DNA of 61,547 nucleotides, from assembly GCA_947627255.1 (NCBI GenBank), contig CANQVI010000004.1:1-61547 (forward strand), read 5' to 3'. The notes below the pieces were generated by a model. The model worked only from the letters and a program-made list of their open reading frames with translations. It did no database searches and was not told where the DNA came from. Position 1 is the stretch's first letter, and every line of letters begins with the position of its first letter. Below, piece by piece: positions 50,916 through 60,016 of this stretch. The stretch is from an uncultured Clostridia bacterium (GTDB lineage: Bacteria > Bacillota > Clostridia > TANB77 > CAG-465). The position numbers and the translations under genes were made by a program.

Positions 50916-51437
50916 TTATATTAATTCAATTATAGCCATGTCAGCGCCATCTCCACGTCTAGCAACTAACTTAACTATTCTTGTATATCCACCTTTTGCT
51001 TCATATTTTGGTGCAATTTCATTGAATAGTTTTTCTGTTAAATCGATTGTATTTCCTTTAGCATCTTTTACTTTATTTAATGTTTTAAACATTTTTCTTC
51101 TTGCAGCTAATTTAGAAGCACTATCAACTTTAACTTCTTCTTTTACTACTTCTCTTGCTATAACTTCATATTTGTTTCCGTTTTTAGATGTTTTTGTTTC
51201 TTTAACTTTTTTACCGTTTTTGTCTAATTTAGCTCTTGAAAGAGTTTTTTCTTTAGTTTCGAAATTATCTTTCTCTTTTATAGCTAAATCTATTAAACTA
51301 TCTGCTAGAGGTTTAACTTCTTTTGCTTTTGCAAGTGTTGTTTCAACTCTACCATTTAGAATTAAAGAAGTAACTAAGTTATTTAGCATTGCATTTCTAT
51401 GAGAAGTTGTTCTTGAAAGTTTTCTTGTTCCTGGCAT
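50916..51437 (-). CDS. rplQ: 50S ribosomal protein L17 with internal insertion
   Basis: RKLSRT..HR.AML, TT.AKAKE, GGYTRI, RRGDGA. Confidence 0.96.
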   Translation of the reverse strand: MPGTRKLSRTTSHRNAMLNNLVTSLILNGRVETTLAKAKEVKPLADSLIDLAIKEKDNFETKEKTLSRAKLDKNGKKVKETKTSKNGNKYEVIAREVVKEEVKVDSASKLAARRKMFKTLNKVKDAKGNTIDLTEKLFNEIAPKYEAKGGYTRIVKLVARRGDGADMAIIELI

Positions 51438-51456
51438 TGTAAATTTCCTCCTTTAA

Positions 51457-52410
51457 TTAGTCTTCTTTACTTTTAAATTCAAGTCCTAAATCTGTAATTT
51501 TATTCATTACTTCATCTAATGATTTTTTACCTAGATTTCTAACTTTTATCATATCTTGTTCAGTTTTACTTACAATATCTGCTACTGTATGTATTCCTGC
51601 TCTTTTTAGACAGTTGTATGATCTTACAGAGAATTCTAATTCTTCAATTGGTGTTTCAAGAAGTTTATCTTTTAGAGATAATTCTTTTTGAGACATAATT
51701 GACATTGTCTTAGCAATTTCTGATAAATCTATAAACATTTCTAAATGTTCATTTAATATCTTTGCGGCCATACTTAGAGCTTGATATGGTTCTATAACAC
51801 CATTTGTCCAAATATCCATAGTTAATTTATCATAATCTGCATTTTGACCAACTCTTGTTTTGTCAATTTGAAAATTCACTTTTTTAACAGGTGTAAATAT
51901 TGAATCGATTGGTAAAGCATTTGCTGGTAATTCATTTTCATCATAGTTATTTCTGTCTCCAGCTCTATATCCTCTACCTTTAATAGCAGTCATATCAATA
52001 TTTAATACTGCATCATCATCTAAATAAGCAATGTGTAAATCTTTATTTACTACACTTATAGTTGAATCTGTAACTATATCTCCAGCTAAAACCTCACAAG
52101 GTCCTTTAGCTTTTATAGATAGTTCTTTTAAGTCTCTATCATCTGACTTTAAGCAAACTTGTTTTAAGTTTAATATTAAGTCTGTTACATTTTCAGTAAC
52201 ACCTGGAATTGTTGAGAATTCATGTGCTATGCCTTCAACTTTTATAGTATCAATAGCATAACCTGGTAAAGAAGAAAGTAATATTCTTCTTAGAGAATTA
52301 CCTAATGTAATTCCAAAACCTCTTTCTAAAGGTTCTACTTCAAATCTTGCATAAAATGTGTCTGCATCAACATTTACACATTTTATCTCTGGTCTTTGCA
52401 TTTCAATCAT
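51457..52410 (-). CDS. rpoA: RNA polymerase alpha subunit
   Basis: EPLERGFG.TLGNSLRR, HEFSTIPGV, SVRSYNCLKRAGI, RNLGKKS. Confidence 0.98.
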   Translation of the reverse strand: MIEMQRPEIKCVNVDADTFYARFEVEPLERGFGITLGNSLRRILLSSLPGYAIDTIKVEGIAHEFSTIPGVTENVTDLILNLKQVCLKSDDRDLKELSIKAKGPCEVLAGDIVTDSTISVVNKDLHIAYLDDDAVLNIDMTAIKGRGYRAGDRNNYDENELPANALPIDSIFTPVKKVNFQIDKTRVGQNADYDKLTMDIWTNGVIEPYQALSMAAKILNEHLEMFIDLSEIAKTMSIMSQKELSLKDKLLETPIEELEFSVRSYNCLKRAGIHTVADIVSKTEQDMIKVRNLGKKSLDEVMNKITDLGLEFKSKED

Positions 52411-52488
52411 TTTTATTCCTCCTCCTAGCACGCTCTGATTACACGCACTATTTTTAACTAAATGATTTTATAATAATTTATCTTTTAA

Positions 52489-53118
52489 CTAGTTCTTAGA
52501 GTATAACTCAACTATTAGATTTTCTTGAACATCTAAATCTACATCTTCTCTAACTGGTTTTCTTAATACTTTAGCTTCCATTTTATCTTTGCTAACTTCT
52601 AGCCAAGATGGAGCTCCTTTTAATTTATTAGATTCTAATGTAGTAACTATAGCTTTATTGTCCTTTTTAGAATCTCTTACTTTTACAACATCACCAACTT
52701 TTAATATATAAGATGGAATGTTTACTTTTTTACCATTAACTTCTAACATTTCGTAGCTTACTAATTGTCTAGCTTCTGCTCTAGAAGCACCAATTCCCAT
52801 TCTATAAGCAACATTATCTAATCTTAATTCTAATTGTTCGAATAATACATCAGAAGTAACTCCTTCTCTTCTGAAGGCTTCTTCATAATATTTTCTGAAT
52901 TGAGATTCAGAAACTCTATAATATGTTTTTGCTTTTTGTTTAGCTCTTAGTTGAAGACCATATTCAGATAATTTAGCTCTGTTTTTTCCATGTTGTCCTG
53001 GAGCATATGATCTTCTATCAAGTGCGCATTTTGTTGTATTACATCTTTCGCCTTTTAAGAAAAGTTTAGAACCTTCTCTTCTACATTTCTTACATACTGC
53101 GTCTGTATATCTTGCCAT
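52489..53118 (-). CDS. rpsD: 30S ribosomal protein S4
   Basis: MARYT..CKKCRRE, PGQHG, ELRLDNV, LIVELYS. Confidence 0.98.
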   Translation of the reverse strand: MARYTDAVCKKCRREGSKLFLKGERCNTTKCALDRRSYAPGQHGKNRAKLSEYGLQLRAKQKAKTYYRVSESQFRKYYEEAFRREGVTSDVLFEQLELRLDNVAYRMGIGASRAEARQLVSYEMLEVNGKKVNIPSYILKVGDVVKVRDSKKDNKAIVTTLESNKLKGAPSWLEVSKDKMEAKVLRKPVREDVDLDVQENLIVELYSKN

Positions 53119-53136
53119 TTTTTACTTACACCCCCA

Positions 53137-53523
53137 CTATACTCTTCTTCTCTTTGGTGGTCTACAACCATTGTGTGGTATTGGAGTAACATCTTTAATC
53201 ATGTTTATTTCCAATCCTGCAGCTTGAAGTGATCTTATTGCTGCTTCTCTACCAGAACCAGGTCCTTTTACAAATACCTCAACAGTTTTTAGGCCATGTT
53301 CTTTAGCTGCATTAGCTGCTGCTTCTGCTGCTTGACCTGCTGCAAAAGGAGTATTTTTTCTTGAACCTTTAAATCCTAATCCACCAGCACTAGCCCAAGA
53401 TAAAACATTACCTTGTGAATCTGTCATTGTAACTATAGTATTGTTAAATGAAGATTGAATATGTGCAGCACCAGTTGATACATTCTTTTTAACTTTTTTC
53501 TTTGATACTACTTTTTTAGCCAT
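53137..53523 (-). CDS. rpsK: 30S ribosomal protein S11
   Basis: [28 protein letters not shown]. Confidence 0.98.
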   Translation of the reverse strand: MAKKVVSKKKVKKNVSTGAAHIQSSFNNTIVTMTDSQGNVLSWASAGGLGFKGSRKNTPFAAGQAAEAAANAAKEHGLKTVEVFVKGPGSGREAAIRSLQAAGLEINMIKDVTPIPHNGCRPPKRRRV

Positions 53524-53528
53524 TTCTA

Positions 53529-53900
53529 CTATACTCCTTTCTTACCTGCGATTGCAACTGCTTTACCTTTTCTAGTTCTAGCATTTGTTTTTGTTCTTTG
53601 TCCACGAACAGGTAATTTTCTTTTATGTCTTTGTCCTCTGTAGCAATTAATTTCCATTAATCTTTTAATGTTTAAAGCTACTTCTTTACGAAGGTCACCT
53701 TCAACAACATAATCTCTTTCGATTATTTCTCTTATTTTAGCTTCTTCTTCTTCTGTAAAATCTTTTACTCTTTTAGTAGTTTCAATACCAGCTTCTGCTA
53801 GTATTTTTCTAGCAGCAGGACGTCCAATTCCATAAATTGCTGTTAATCCTATTTCTGCTACTTTATTTTTTGGTAAATCTACTCCAGCTATACGTGCCAT
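53529..53900 (-). CDS. rpsM: 30S ribosomal protein S13
   Basis: [27 protein letters not shown]. Confidence 0.98.
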   Translation of the reverse strand: MARIAGVDLPKNKVAEIGLTAIYGIGRPAARKILAEAGIETTKRVKDFTEEEEAKIREIIERDYVVEGDLRKEVALNIKRLMEINCYRGQRHKRKLPVRGQRTKTNARTRKGKAVAIAGKKGV

Positions 53901-53917
53901 TTACTATACCCCCCAAA

Positions 53918-54031
53918 TTAACCTTGTCTTTGTTTGTGCTTTGGATTTTCACAGATTACACGAACTACTCCGTTTCTTCTGATTACCTTGCACTTTTCAC
54001 AAATTTTCTTTACAGATGGTCTTACTTTCAT
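53918..54031 (-). CDS. rpmJ: 50S ribosomal protein L36 (not in ORF track, 37 aa)
   Basis: [37 protein letters not shown]; AAGGAGG RBS. Confidence 0.98.
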   Translation of the reverse strand: MKVRPSVKKICEKCKVIRRNGVVRVICENPKHKQRQG

Positions 54032-54179
54032 TTTAAAATCCTCCTTAAAAGTTTTGTTAATTAATTAACAAAAGTAAGTTAAATATATAATAAATAAACT
54101 CTTTAAAATAAAAGGATTTTAGGCTTATCCTTTTACAGCCGCTTCAAAGAATCTATTTATAACAAATTAAAATAATAGG

Positions 54180-54401
54180 TTATTTACTTTTTCTCCAAGT
54201 AATTCTGCCTTTGTTTAAATCGTATGTTGATAATTCTATTCTAACTTCATCACCAGGTAAAATTTTTATATAATGCATTCTTAATTTACCAGATATATGT
54301 GCTAAAACTTCATGTCCATTTTGTAGTCTTACTTTAAAAGTTGCATTTGGTAATGCGTCAACTACAACACCTTCAACTTCTATAACGTCATCTTTTGGCA
54401 T
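54180..54401 (-). CDS. infA: translation initiation factor IF-1
   Basis: IEVEG.V...[26 protein letters not shown]. Confidence 0.98.
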   Translation of the reverse strand: MPKDDVIEVEGVVVDALPNATFKVRLQNGHEVLAHISGKLRMHYIKILPGDEVRIELSTYDLNKGRITWRKSK

Positions 54402-54458
54402 TTTACTACCTCCCTATTATCGTCTTTTGCCCTCATTAGAGCAAAATATAACACATAT

Positions 54459-54487
54459 ATTATAGCTTAAATTCTAAATATTGTCAA
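54459..54487 (-). promoter_or_regulatory. sigma-A promoter for the infA-rplQ operon
   Basis: TTGACA (54487-54482), 17 bp, TATAAT (54464-54459). Confidence 0.85.
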
Positions 54488-54559
54488 CTATTTTGTTACT
54501 TTTTTTGAATATTTAAATAAAAATAAAAAAGTAACCTTATTGGTTACTCTTATTAATTT

Positions 54560-55327
54560 TTATATAGTTAATATTTCTGGTCCTTTATCTGTAATTAAAA
54601 CAGTATTTTCATAATGAGCAGCTAAACTACCATCTTCTGTAATTATAGTCCAGCCATCATCTAGTTCTAATATATCTGGTTTTCCTTGAATTACCATAGG
54701 TTCTATTGCAAGTGTCATACCAGCTTCAATTCTAACACCTCTTCCAGCTTTACCATAGTTAGGAATTCCTGGATCTTCGTGCATTTGTCTTCCTATTCCA
54801 TGACCTTGAAATTCTCTTACAACACTATATCCTTGAGATGCTACATACTCGCCAATAGCATGAGATATATCACCTATTCTATTTCCAACTTTTGCATACT
54901 TTAGTCCCTCATAAAATGCTTGTTTTGTAACATCAACTAGTCTTTGTGCCTCTTTAGATGCTTTTCCAACTATAAAAGTTCTTGCTGCATCACCATTGAA
55001 GCCATTTTTTAATGCAACTGTATCTACACTAACAACGTCTCCTTCTTGTATAACTCTGTGTTTAGATGGAACTCCATGTATTACTTCATCATTTATTGAA
55101 ACACAAATTGATGCAGGAAATGGAGGCACACCTTTTACACCTATGTCATAACCTTTTTCAGCAGGTATTGCACCTAAACTTCTCATTTTATTTTCGGCTA
55201 TTTGGTCTAATTCTAAAGTTGTCATTCCTGGTTTTATTTTCTTTTCAATTTCTTCATATACTAATGCTACTACGTGGCATGCTTCTTTCATTAATTCTAT
55301 TTCTTTTTTATTTTTAATTGTTATCAT
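54560..55327 (-). CDS. map: methionine aminopeptidase type I
   Basis: C.SINDEVIHG, D...GD.ART, GHGIG..HE.P, AIEPM, AHYE. Confidence 0.96.
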   Translation of the reverse strand: MITIKNKKEIELMKEACHVVALVYEEIEKKIKPGMTTLELDQIAENKMRSLGAIPAEKGYDIGVKGVPPFPASICVSINDEVIHGVPSKHRVIQEGDVVSVDTVALKNGFNGDAARTFIVGKASKEAQRLVDVTKQAFYEGLKYAKVGNRIGDISHAIGEYVASQGYSVVREFQGHGIGRQMHEDPGIPNYGKAGRGVRIEAGMTLAIEPMVIQGKPDILELDDGWTIITEDGSLAAHYENTVLITDKGPEILTI

Positions 55328-55344
55328 TTTTTCACTCTTTCTAA

Positions 55345-55962
55345 TTAAACTTTTGCATCTTCAATAACATTTTCAGGATTAGCAGATGCATCTACTGTCA
55401 TAAGTAATCCTTTTTCTCTATAATAATCTAATATAGCTTTAGCATTTTCTCTATATGTATTAATTCTTTTAGTTAAAGTTTCTTTAGTATCATCAGTTCT
55501 TACACTTAGATGTCCTCCACATTTATCGCAAACATCTTCTACTTTTGGTGGAAAATCTATTCCATACATTTCTCCACATTTTTCACATTTTTTTCTTTCA
55601 AGTATTCTCTTAAAAGCTAATTCGTCTGGAACAACTAATTCCATAACTTTAGTTATTTTTCTGTTTAATTTTGCTAAAACTTCATCTAATAGTTCAGCTT
55701 GTTTATATGTTCTTGGATATCCATCAAGAACAAAACCTTTTTTGCAATCATCTTTTTTTAGTCTTTCTTCTAGTAAGTTTGTTATTATCTCATCAGATAT
55801 AAGCTCACCTTTTTCTAATTTCTTTCTAATTTCTTCATTTTCTTTTGCAACATTTCTTAGCATATCTCCTGTTGCAATATGTGGAATATTTAAAGCTTTG
55901 GCAAGTATTTCAGATCTTGTTCCCTTTCCAGTAGCTGGTCCACCAGTTAAAATATAAATCAT
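55345..55962 (-). CDS. adk: adenylate kinase
   Basis: GGPATGKGT, TGDMLR, LDGYPRT, four-Cys LID, RTDD. Confidence 0.9.
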   Translation of the reverse strand: MIYILTGGPATGKGTRSEILAKALNIPHIATGDMLRNVAKENEEIRKKLEKGELISDEIITNLLEERLKKDDCKKGFVLDGYPRTYKQAELLDEVLAKLNRKITKVMELVVPDELAFKRILERKKCEKCGEMYGIDFPPKVEDVCDKCGGHLSVRTDDTKETLTKRINTYRENAKAILDYYREKGLLMTVDASANPENVIEDAKV

Positions 55963-56041
55963 TCTATCTCACTCCCATTTCACGACATATATATTATTGC
56001 ACAAAATAATTTAAAAGTAAAGGTAAGATTTACATTTTTTA

Positions 56042-57091
56042 TTATAATATATTATATTCACATGCTCTAATTAATCTATTCATTATAGCTGTTCCTATCA
56101 GCTTTTTTTCAACACCTTCAACAATACACAAATCTATGTCTAAATTGTCTATATTTCTTAGTAATGAGAAAATGTTTTTAGATATACCCATTAGATTATT
56201 TTTCTTAGCTATAGTTATGCACTTTATCCCCATTTTCTGATACTCATTTTCATGTTCTTCAAAGCATATTATTCCAACTTTTTTGTTTGTATTTTCAGAT
56301 ATATATTCTTTTACTTTATTTATCATTATTGAATCATCACTATTATATTCTAATAGTATTGTCTTAGTCTTTGGTGCATAGTGTCTATGTTTCATTCCAG
56401 GAGACTCTACTTTTTCTCCTTCTTTTACATCTTTAAAAATATGCTCATCAAGTTTTGCATTTATACCAAGATTTAAAATATCTTCTATAGATATTTTACC
56501 TGGTCTTAATATTCTTACTGTATTATCTTCTTCAACCTTTAATACTGTTGATTCAATTCCAATGTTTGTACTTCCACCATCAACAAATATATCTACTTTA
56601 TCTTTTAACTCATCATATACATCTTCTAGTTTTGTGCCACTTGGTCTTCCTGATACATTTGCACTTGGTGCTGCAATAGGAACACCGGCACTTTCTATAA
56701 TACTTAATGCAATATCATTGTCTGGCATTCTAATTCCAACTGTTTTAAGTCCTGCTGTAACATTTTTAGGTAATATATCTTTGCTCTTTAAAATTATAGT
56801 CATAGGTCCAGGCCAAAAATTTTCAATGAGCTTTTTTTCAATGTCATTTACATCTTCGGCAATGCTATTTAACATTTTTATATTACTTATATGAACAATT
56901 AACGGATTATCTTGTGGTCTACCTTTTGCTATAAATATTTTATCTACAGCCTCTTTATTAGTAGCATCAGCACCAATTCCATATACTGTTTCAGTAGGAA
57001 ATACAACTACTTTTCCCATTTTTATATTCTGAGCTACATTATCCAATTCTTCTTTTTTTATGTTTTCTTTAAAATTATAAATTACACTCAT
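56042..57091 (-). CDS. tsaC: L-threonylcarbamoyladenylate synthase (Sua5 type)
   Basis: PTETVYG, KGRP.DNPLIVH, APSANVSG.PS, SPGMKHRHYAP, C-terminal SUA5 domain. Confidence 0.95.
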   Translation of the reverse strand: MSVIYNFKENIKKEELDNVAQNIKMGKVVVFPTETVYGIGADATNKEAVDKIFIAKGRPQDNPLIVHISNIKMLNSIAEDVNDIEKKLIENFWPGPMTIILKSKDILPKNVTAGLKTVGIRMPDNDIALSIIESAGVPIAAPSANVSGRPSGTKLEDVYDELKDKVDIFVDGGSTNIGIESTVLKVEEDNTVRILRPGKISIEDILNLGINAKLDEHIFKDVKEGEKVESPGMKHRHYAPKTKTILLEYNSDDSIMINKVKEYISENTNKKVGIICFEEHENEYQKMGIKCITIAKKNNLMGISKNIFSLLRNIDNLDIDLCIVEGVEKKLIGTAIMNRLIRACEYNIL

Positions 57092-57131
57092 TTTCCTATT
57101 CTCCTATAAATATTATAGCACTAAAGTCAAA

Positions 57132-57163
57132 TAAGCTCAGAAAGTTATTACTTTCTGAGCTTA
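57132..57163 (-). terminator. hairpin or terminator after the mini LPxTG gene
   Basis: TAAGCTCAGAAAGT/ACTTTCTGAGCTTA 14-bp stem. Confidence 0.7.
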
Positions 57164-57193
57164 GAATAAAACATTTTAAAACATTCTATTGTT

Positions 57194-57373
57194 TTATTTT
57201 TCCTCGTCGATGAAATCATCATCTTTAAAATCTTTCAAATCGTCATTTTTATTTTCTCTTAGTGTACAAAATATGACGTAACCTATGACAAACACAACTG
57301 TCACAGCTAAAATAATTAATCCATTTGTACTGAATAAGCCACCTGTTACAGGCAAAGTTAAGTTATTTTCCAT
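57194..57373 (-). CDS. 59-aa stand-alone LPxTG sorting-signal protein (not in ORF track)
   Basis: AAGGAGAGG RBS plus ATG; MENNLTLPVTGGLFSTNGLIILAVTVVFVIGYVIFCTLRENKNDDLKDFKDDDFIDEEK; resembles the C-terminus of the protein ending at 60017. Confidence 0.8.
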   Translation of the reverse strand: MENNLTLPVTGGLFSTNGLIILAVTVVFVIGYVIFCTLRENKNDDLKDFKDDDFIDEEK

Positions 57374-58418
57374 TGTCTACCTCTCCTTATGGCTAAAATA
57401 TTATATTTTAGATATACATTCTTCAAGTATTAGATTTTTTTATTACTATATACTGTATCGTATGGTTATACTTGACTAAAAACTTATACTAAATATATTA
57501 AAAAGTTTTTTAGTATAACTTAGTATAGACTTTTATATATATAACATTCATCATGCCATAATAGTAATAAGTCTTATACTTTATATAAGCATACTACTTT
57601 AGAGATTAAGTTTAATCTCTATATAATAGTATTATTTACATGATCATATATCTTTACTATACAATACCTATAATATAAATTTTTGCTATATTAAAATATA
57701 GCTTTTTGTAGATTCTATTCAAACTATAATATTTAAATTATTGAGCTCTCACTAATAGAAATACAATTCTATCTTCATTTATAATATTTATCTCTTTTTT
57801 AAACTTATAATTCTTCAATTATCTACTTAAAATATCAACCTCTCTTCCTATACGAAATATTAATAGTTATAATATTTAAAACATATAAACACATATTTTT
57901 AATCAATTAAAAATTCTTTCCGTTCATTTTTTCCTCTTTAATTTAATTCATACTTTTTTTATACGTTTTTATTAAACTTATAATTACATACTTATCTTTT
58001 TAATACTATACCTCAAATTTTTTCCCACACCTTTTATTCCATTTCATACTAATGTGGAGTTATTACAATTATTTTTCTATAGTGTTGGGGGAACTATATA
58101 TGTTTAGTGTATAACCAATTCTATATTATAATATCAAAAATAATAATCACATTTTTATAAGTTGTGTTTCTATCTTAAATAATTATATTTCATATTTATA
58201 TAACCTCATAATTATCAATTATTAATATTTATTTGTTACTTGAATTCTAGCATATTATTTTTTATGATTCAACACTCTTTTAGTATAATTATGTAGTCTT
58301 TTGCTGCTGAATTTATTGTATTTTGTCATTTGTTACGCTAATGTATAATTTATGTAATATATGACTAGTTTTTTAAGATAAAAATGTTGTTTTTTGTTGA
58401 TATTTCAACATTTTAGCA

Positions 58419-58460
58419 TAAAAAAAGTACTAATATTTTATTTAATATTAGTACTTTTTT
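58419..58460 (-). terminator. intrinsic terminator
   Basis: AAAAAAGTACTAATATT/AATATTAGTACTTTTTT. Confidence 0.85.
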
Positions 58461-58462
58461 AC

Positions 58463-59899
58463 TTATTTTTTCAAGAAAGAATCCAAAGAATCAATGTTTA
58501 TGTCTAGACTTACTGAGTCGTCTTCTGATACAAGGTTTGCCTCATATCTGTTTTGATTTAGTAAATAATCTTTTGGCACATCATAAATTTCAATATAATA
58601 TTTGCCAAGTGGTAGTCTAAACTCATTTGATTTTGAATATCCATCAACGTCTTGTAAAAGTTTTTCTGCCTCATTATATAGCTTATATTTTACGCCATAT
58701 ACTTCGTTTCCTTCACCATCTTTAAAGTTTAATTTCAAATCTGCTACCTCAACATTATCATACATTGCTGTAACTGTTTTTGAAACTAGATCCTTTGGTG
58801 TTAGAACTGCATACCTCTTTTGCTTATCTCCTGCAGAATAAATTCTTGTATATAGTACTTCAGCATTAACTTCTACATTTAGTTGTGAGAAATATTTCTC
58901 GTTTCCAACAATTTTTACATAGAAAGGTTCACCAGTTTTTACATTAGATATTTCGTTTCCGTCTTTGTCTACTGTATACGCTTTACTTTCATCATAAAAG
59001 CTATTTACTTTAAAAGTAGTCGTATAGTTTAATAATTCTGGCGAATTCTTGTGAAATGTTTTCAAGTCATCATCTATTGTTGTTTTAGTATAAAAAGGTC
59101 CTATTAAAGTCTCATTTCCATTATCCACAATATCTACTTGATCAGTTACAAATGAAGAACTGGTATCATCTTCGTAGGTATCTTCAATAGCAAGTTGAAC
59201 TAATTGTTTAGCCTTTTTTATTACCCTATTTACCATATCTTCATATTGTTCTTCACTAGCATTAATCTTGTCTAATGAAAATGTTCCGTTAGAGATTCCT
59301 TCTATACCTTGTCTTGAAATCATTTCATAAACTGCAAGCTGTGTTGCCATATATGCTTCTTCTTCATTTTTTAGTCCCATCTCCTCATAGCTTACATATG
59401 GATACCCATTTAATAATATAGTCGTTACCTTTTCAGTTGTTAAATAATGAGTATATACTACTTCACCTTGTGGAATTGTGTCGTTATTATACGTTACAGA
59501 ATAAGCAACATTACCATCGATTTCAGTATAAGCAGTTTTTACATATATATTATTGATACTATCTGTCATATACCTTGTCAAATCTCCTGCAACTATAGTC
59601 GCTCTTTCTCCATCAGGTATCTCTACCTTACCACTTGAAGTAGCATTTGGGCTTGCATTATTATTTGGCTTATCCATTTCAAACTGTTTAATTAAGCATA
59701 CTACTGTTACTCCTAGACAAAGGATAATAATTAATGACACGAGTATTCTTTTTTTTCTTGTTATAGACATTTCCTTTCTATTTGCTTCTGATAATTGTTT
59801 TTCTTCCTCCATCTTCTTTAAAGCGGCATCAGTAAAAGCAAATCTCATAAAGCGCTCCTTCAATCGTCCAATAGTTTCTTTAACTTTATTGGATTTCAT
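58463..59899 (-). CDS. N-terminally anchored thioester-domain (TED)-like protein with C-terminal CnaB/SpaA-like domain
   Basis: One N-proximal TM; NGYPY..EEMG..EAYMATQLAVY (TQxA-type motif); C-terminal LPLGKYYIE...PKDY domain; no sorting signal. Confidence 0.75.
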   Translation of the reverse strand: MKSNKVKETIGRLKERFMRFAFTDAALKKMEEEKQLSEANRKEMSITRKKRILVSLIIILCLGVTVVCLIKQFEMDKPNNNASPNATSSGKVEIPDGERATIVAGDLTRYMTDSINNIYVKTAYTEIDGNVAYSVTYNNDTIPQGEVVYTHYLTTEKVTTILLNGYPYVSYEEMGLKNEEEAYMATQLAVYEMISRQGIEGISNGTFSLDKINASEEQYEDMVNRVIKKAKQLVQLAIEDTYEDDTSSSFVTDQVDIVDNGNETLIGPFYTKTTIDDDLKTFHKNSPELLNYTTTFKVNSFYDESKAYTVDKDGNEISNVKTGEPFYVKIVGNEKYFSQLNVEVNAEVLYTRIYSAGDKQKRYAVLTPKDLVSKTVTAMYDNVEVADLKLNFKDGEGNEVYGVKYKLYNEAEKLLQDVDGYSKSNEFRLPLGKYYIEIYDVPKDYLLNQNRYEANLVSEDDSVSLDINIDSLDSFLKK

Positions 59900-59974
59900 A
59901 TTAATTCCTCCTTTTCAATATTTTAATACAAAAATATTATATCACAAAGCTTTTTAAATTGCAATGATTTACAT

Positions 59975-60003
59975 AAAAAAGATAGCCTTTCGGCTATCTT
60001 TTT
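59975..60003 (-). terminator. intrinsic terminator
   Basis: AAAAAGATAGCC/GGCTATCTTTTT. Confidence 0.88.
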
Positions 60004-60016
60004 ATATTATTAGTTA

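Noticed and set aside
50916-51437. Lys-rich insertion in L17
   Set aside because: It is in frame, and similar insertions occur in other Clostridia L17 proteins. It has no intein or intron hallmarks.
57285-57479. 64-aa plus-strand ORF in the track
   Set aside because: It is the antisense shadow of the minus-strand LPVTG gene, which has the RBS and recognisable motif.
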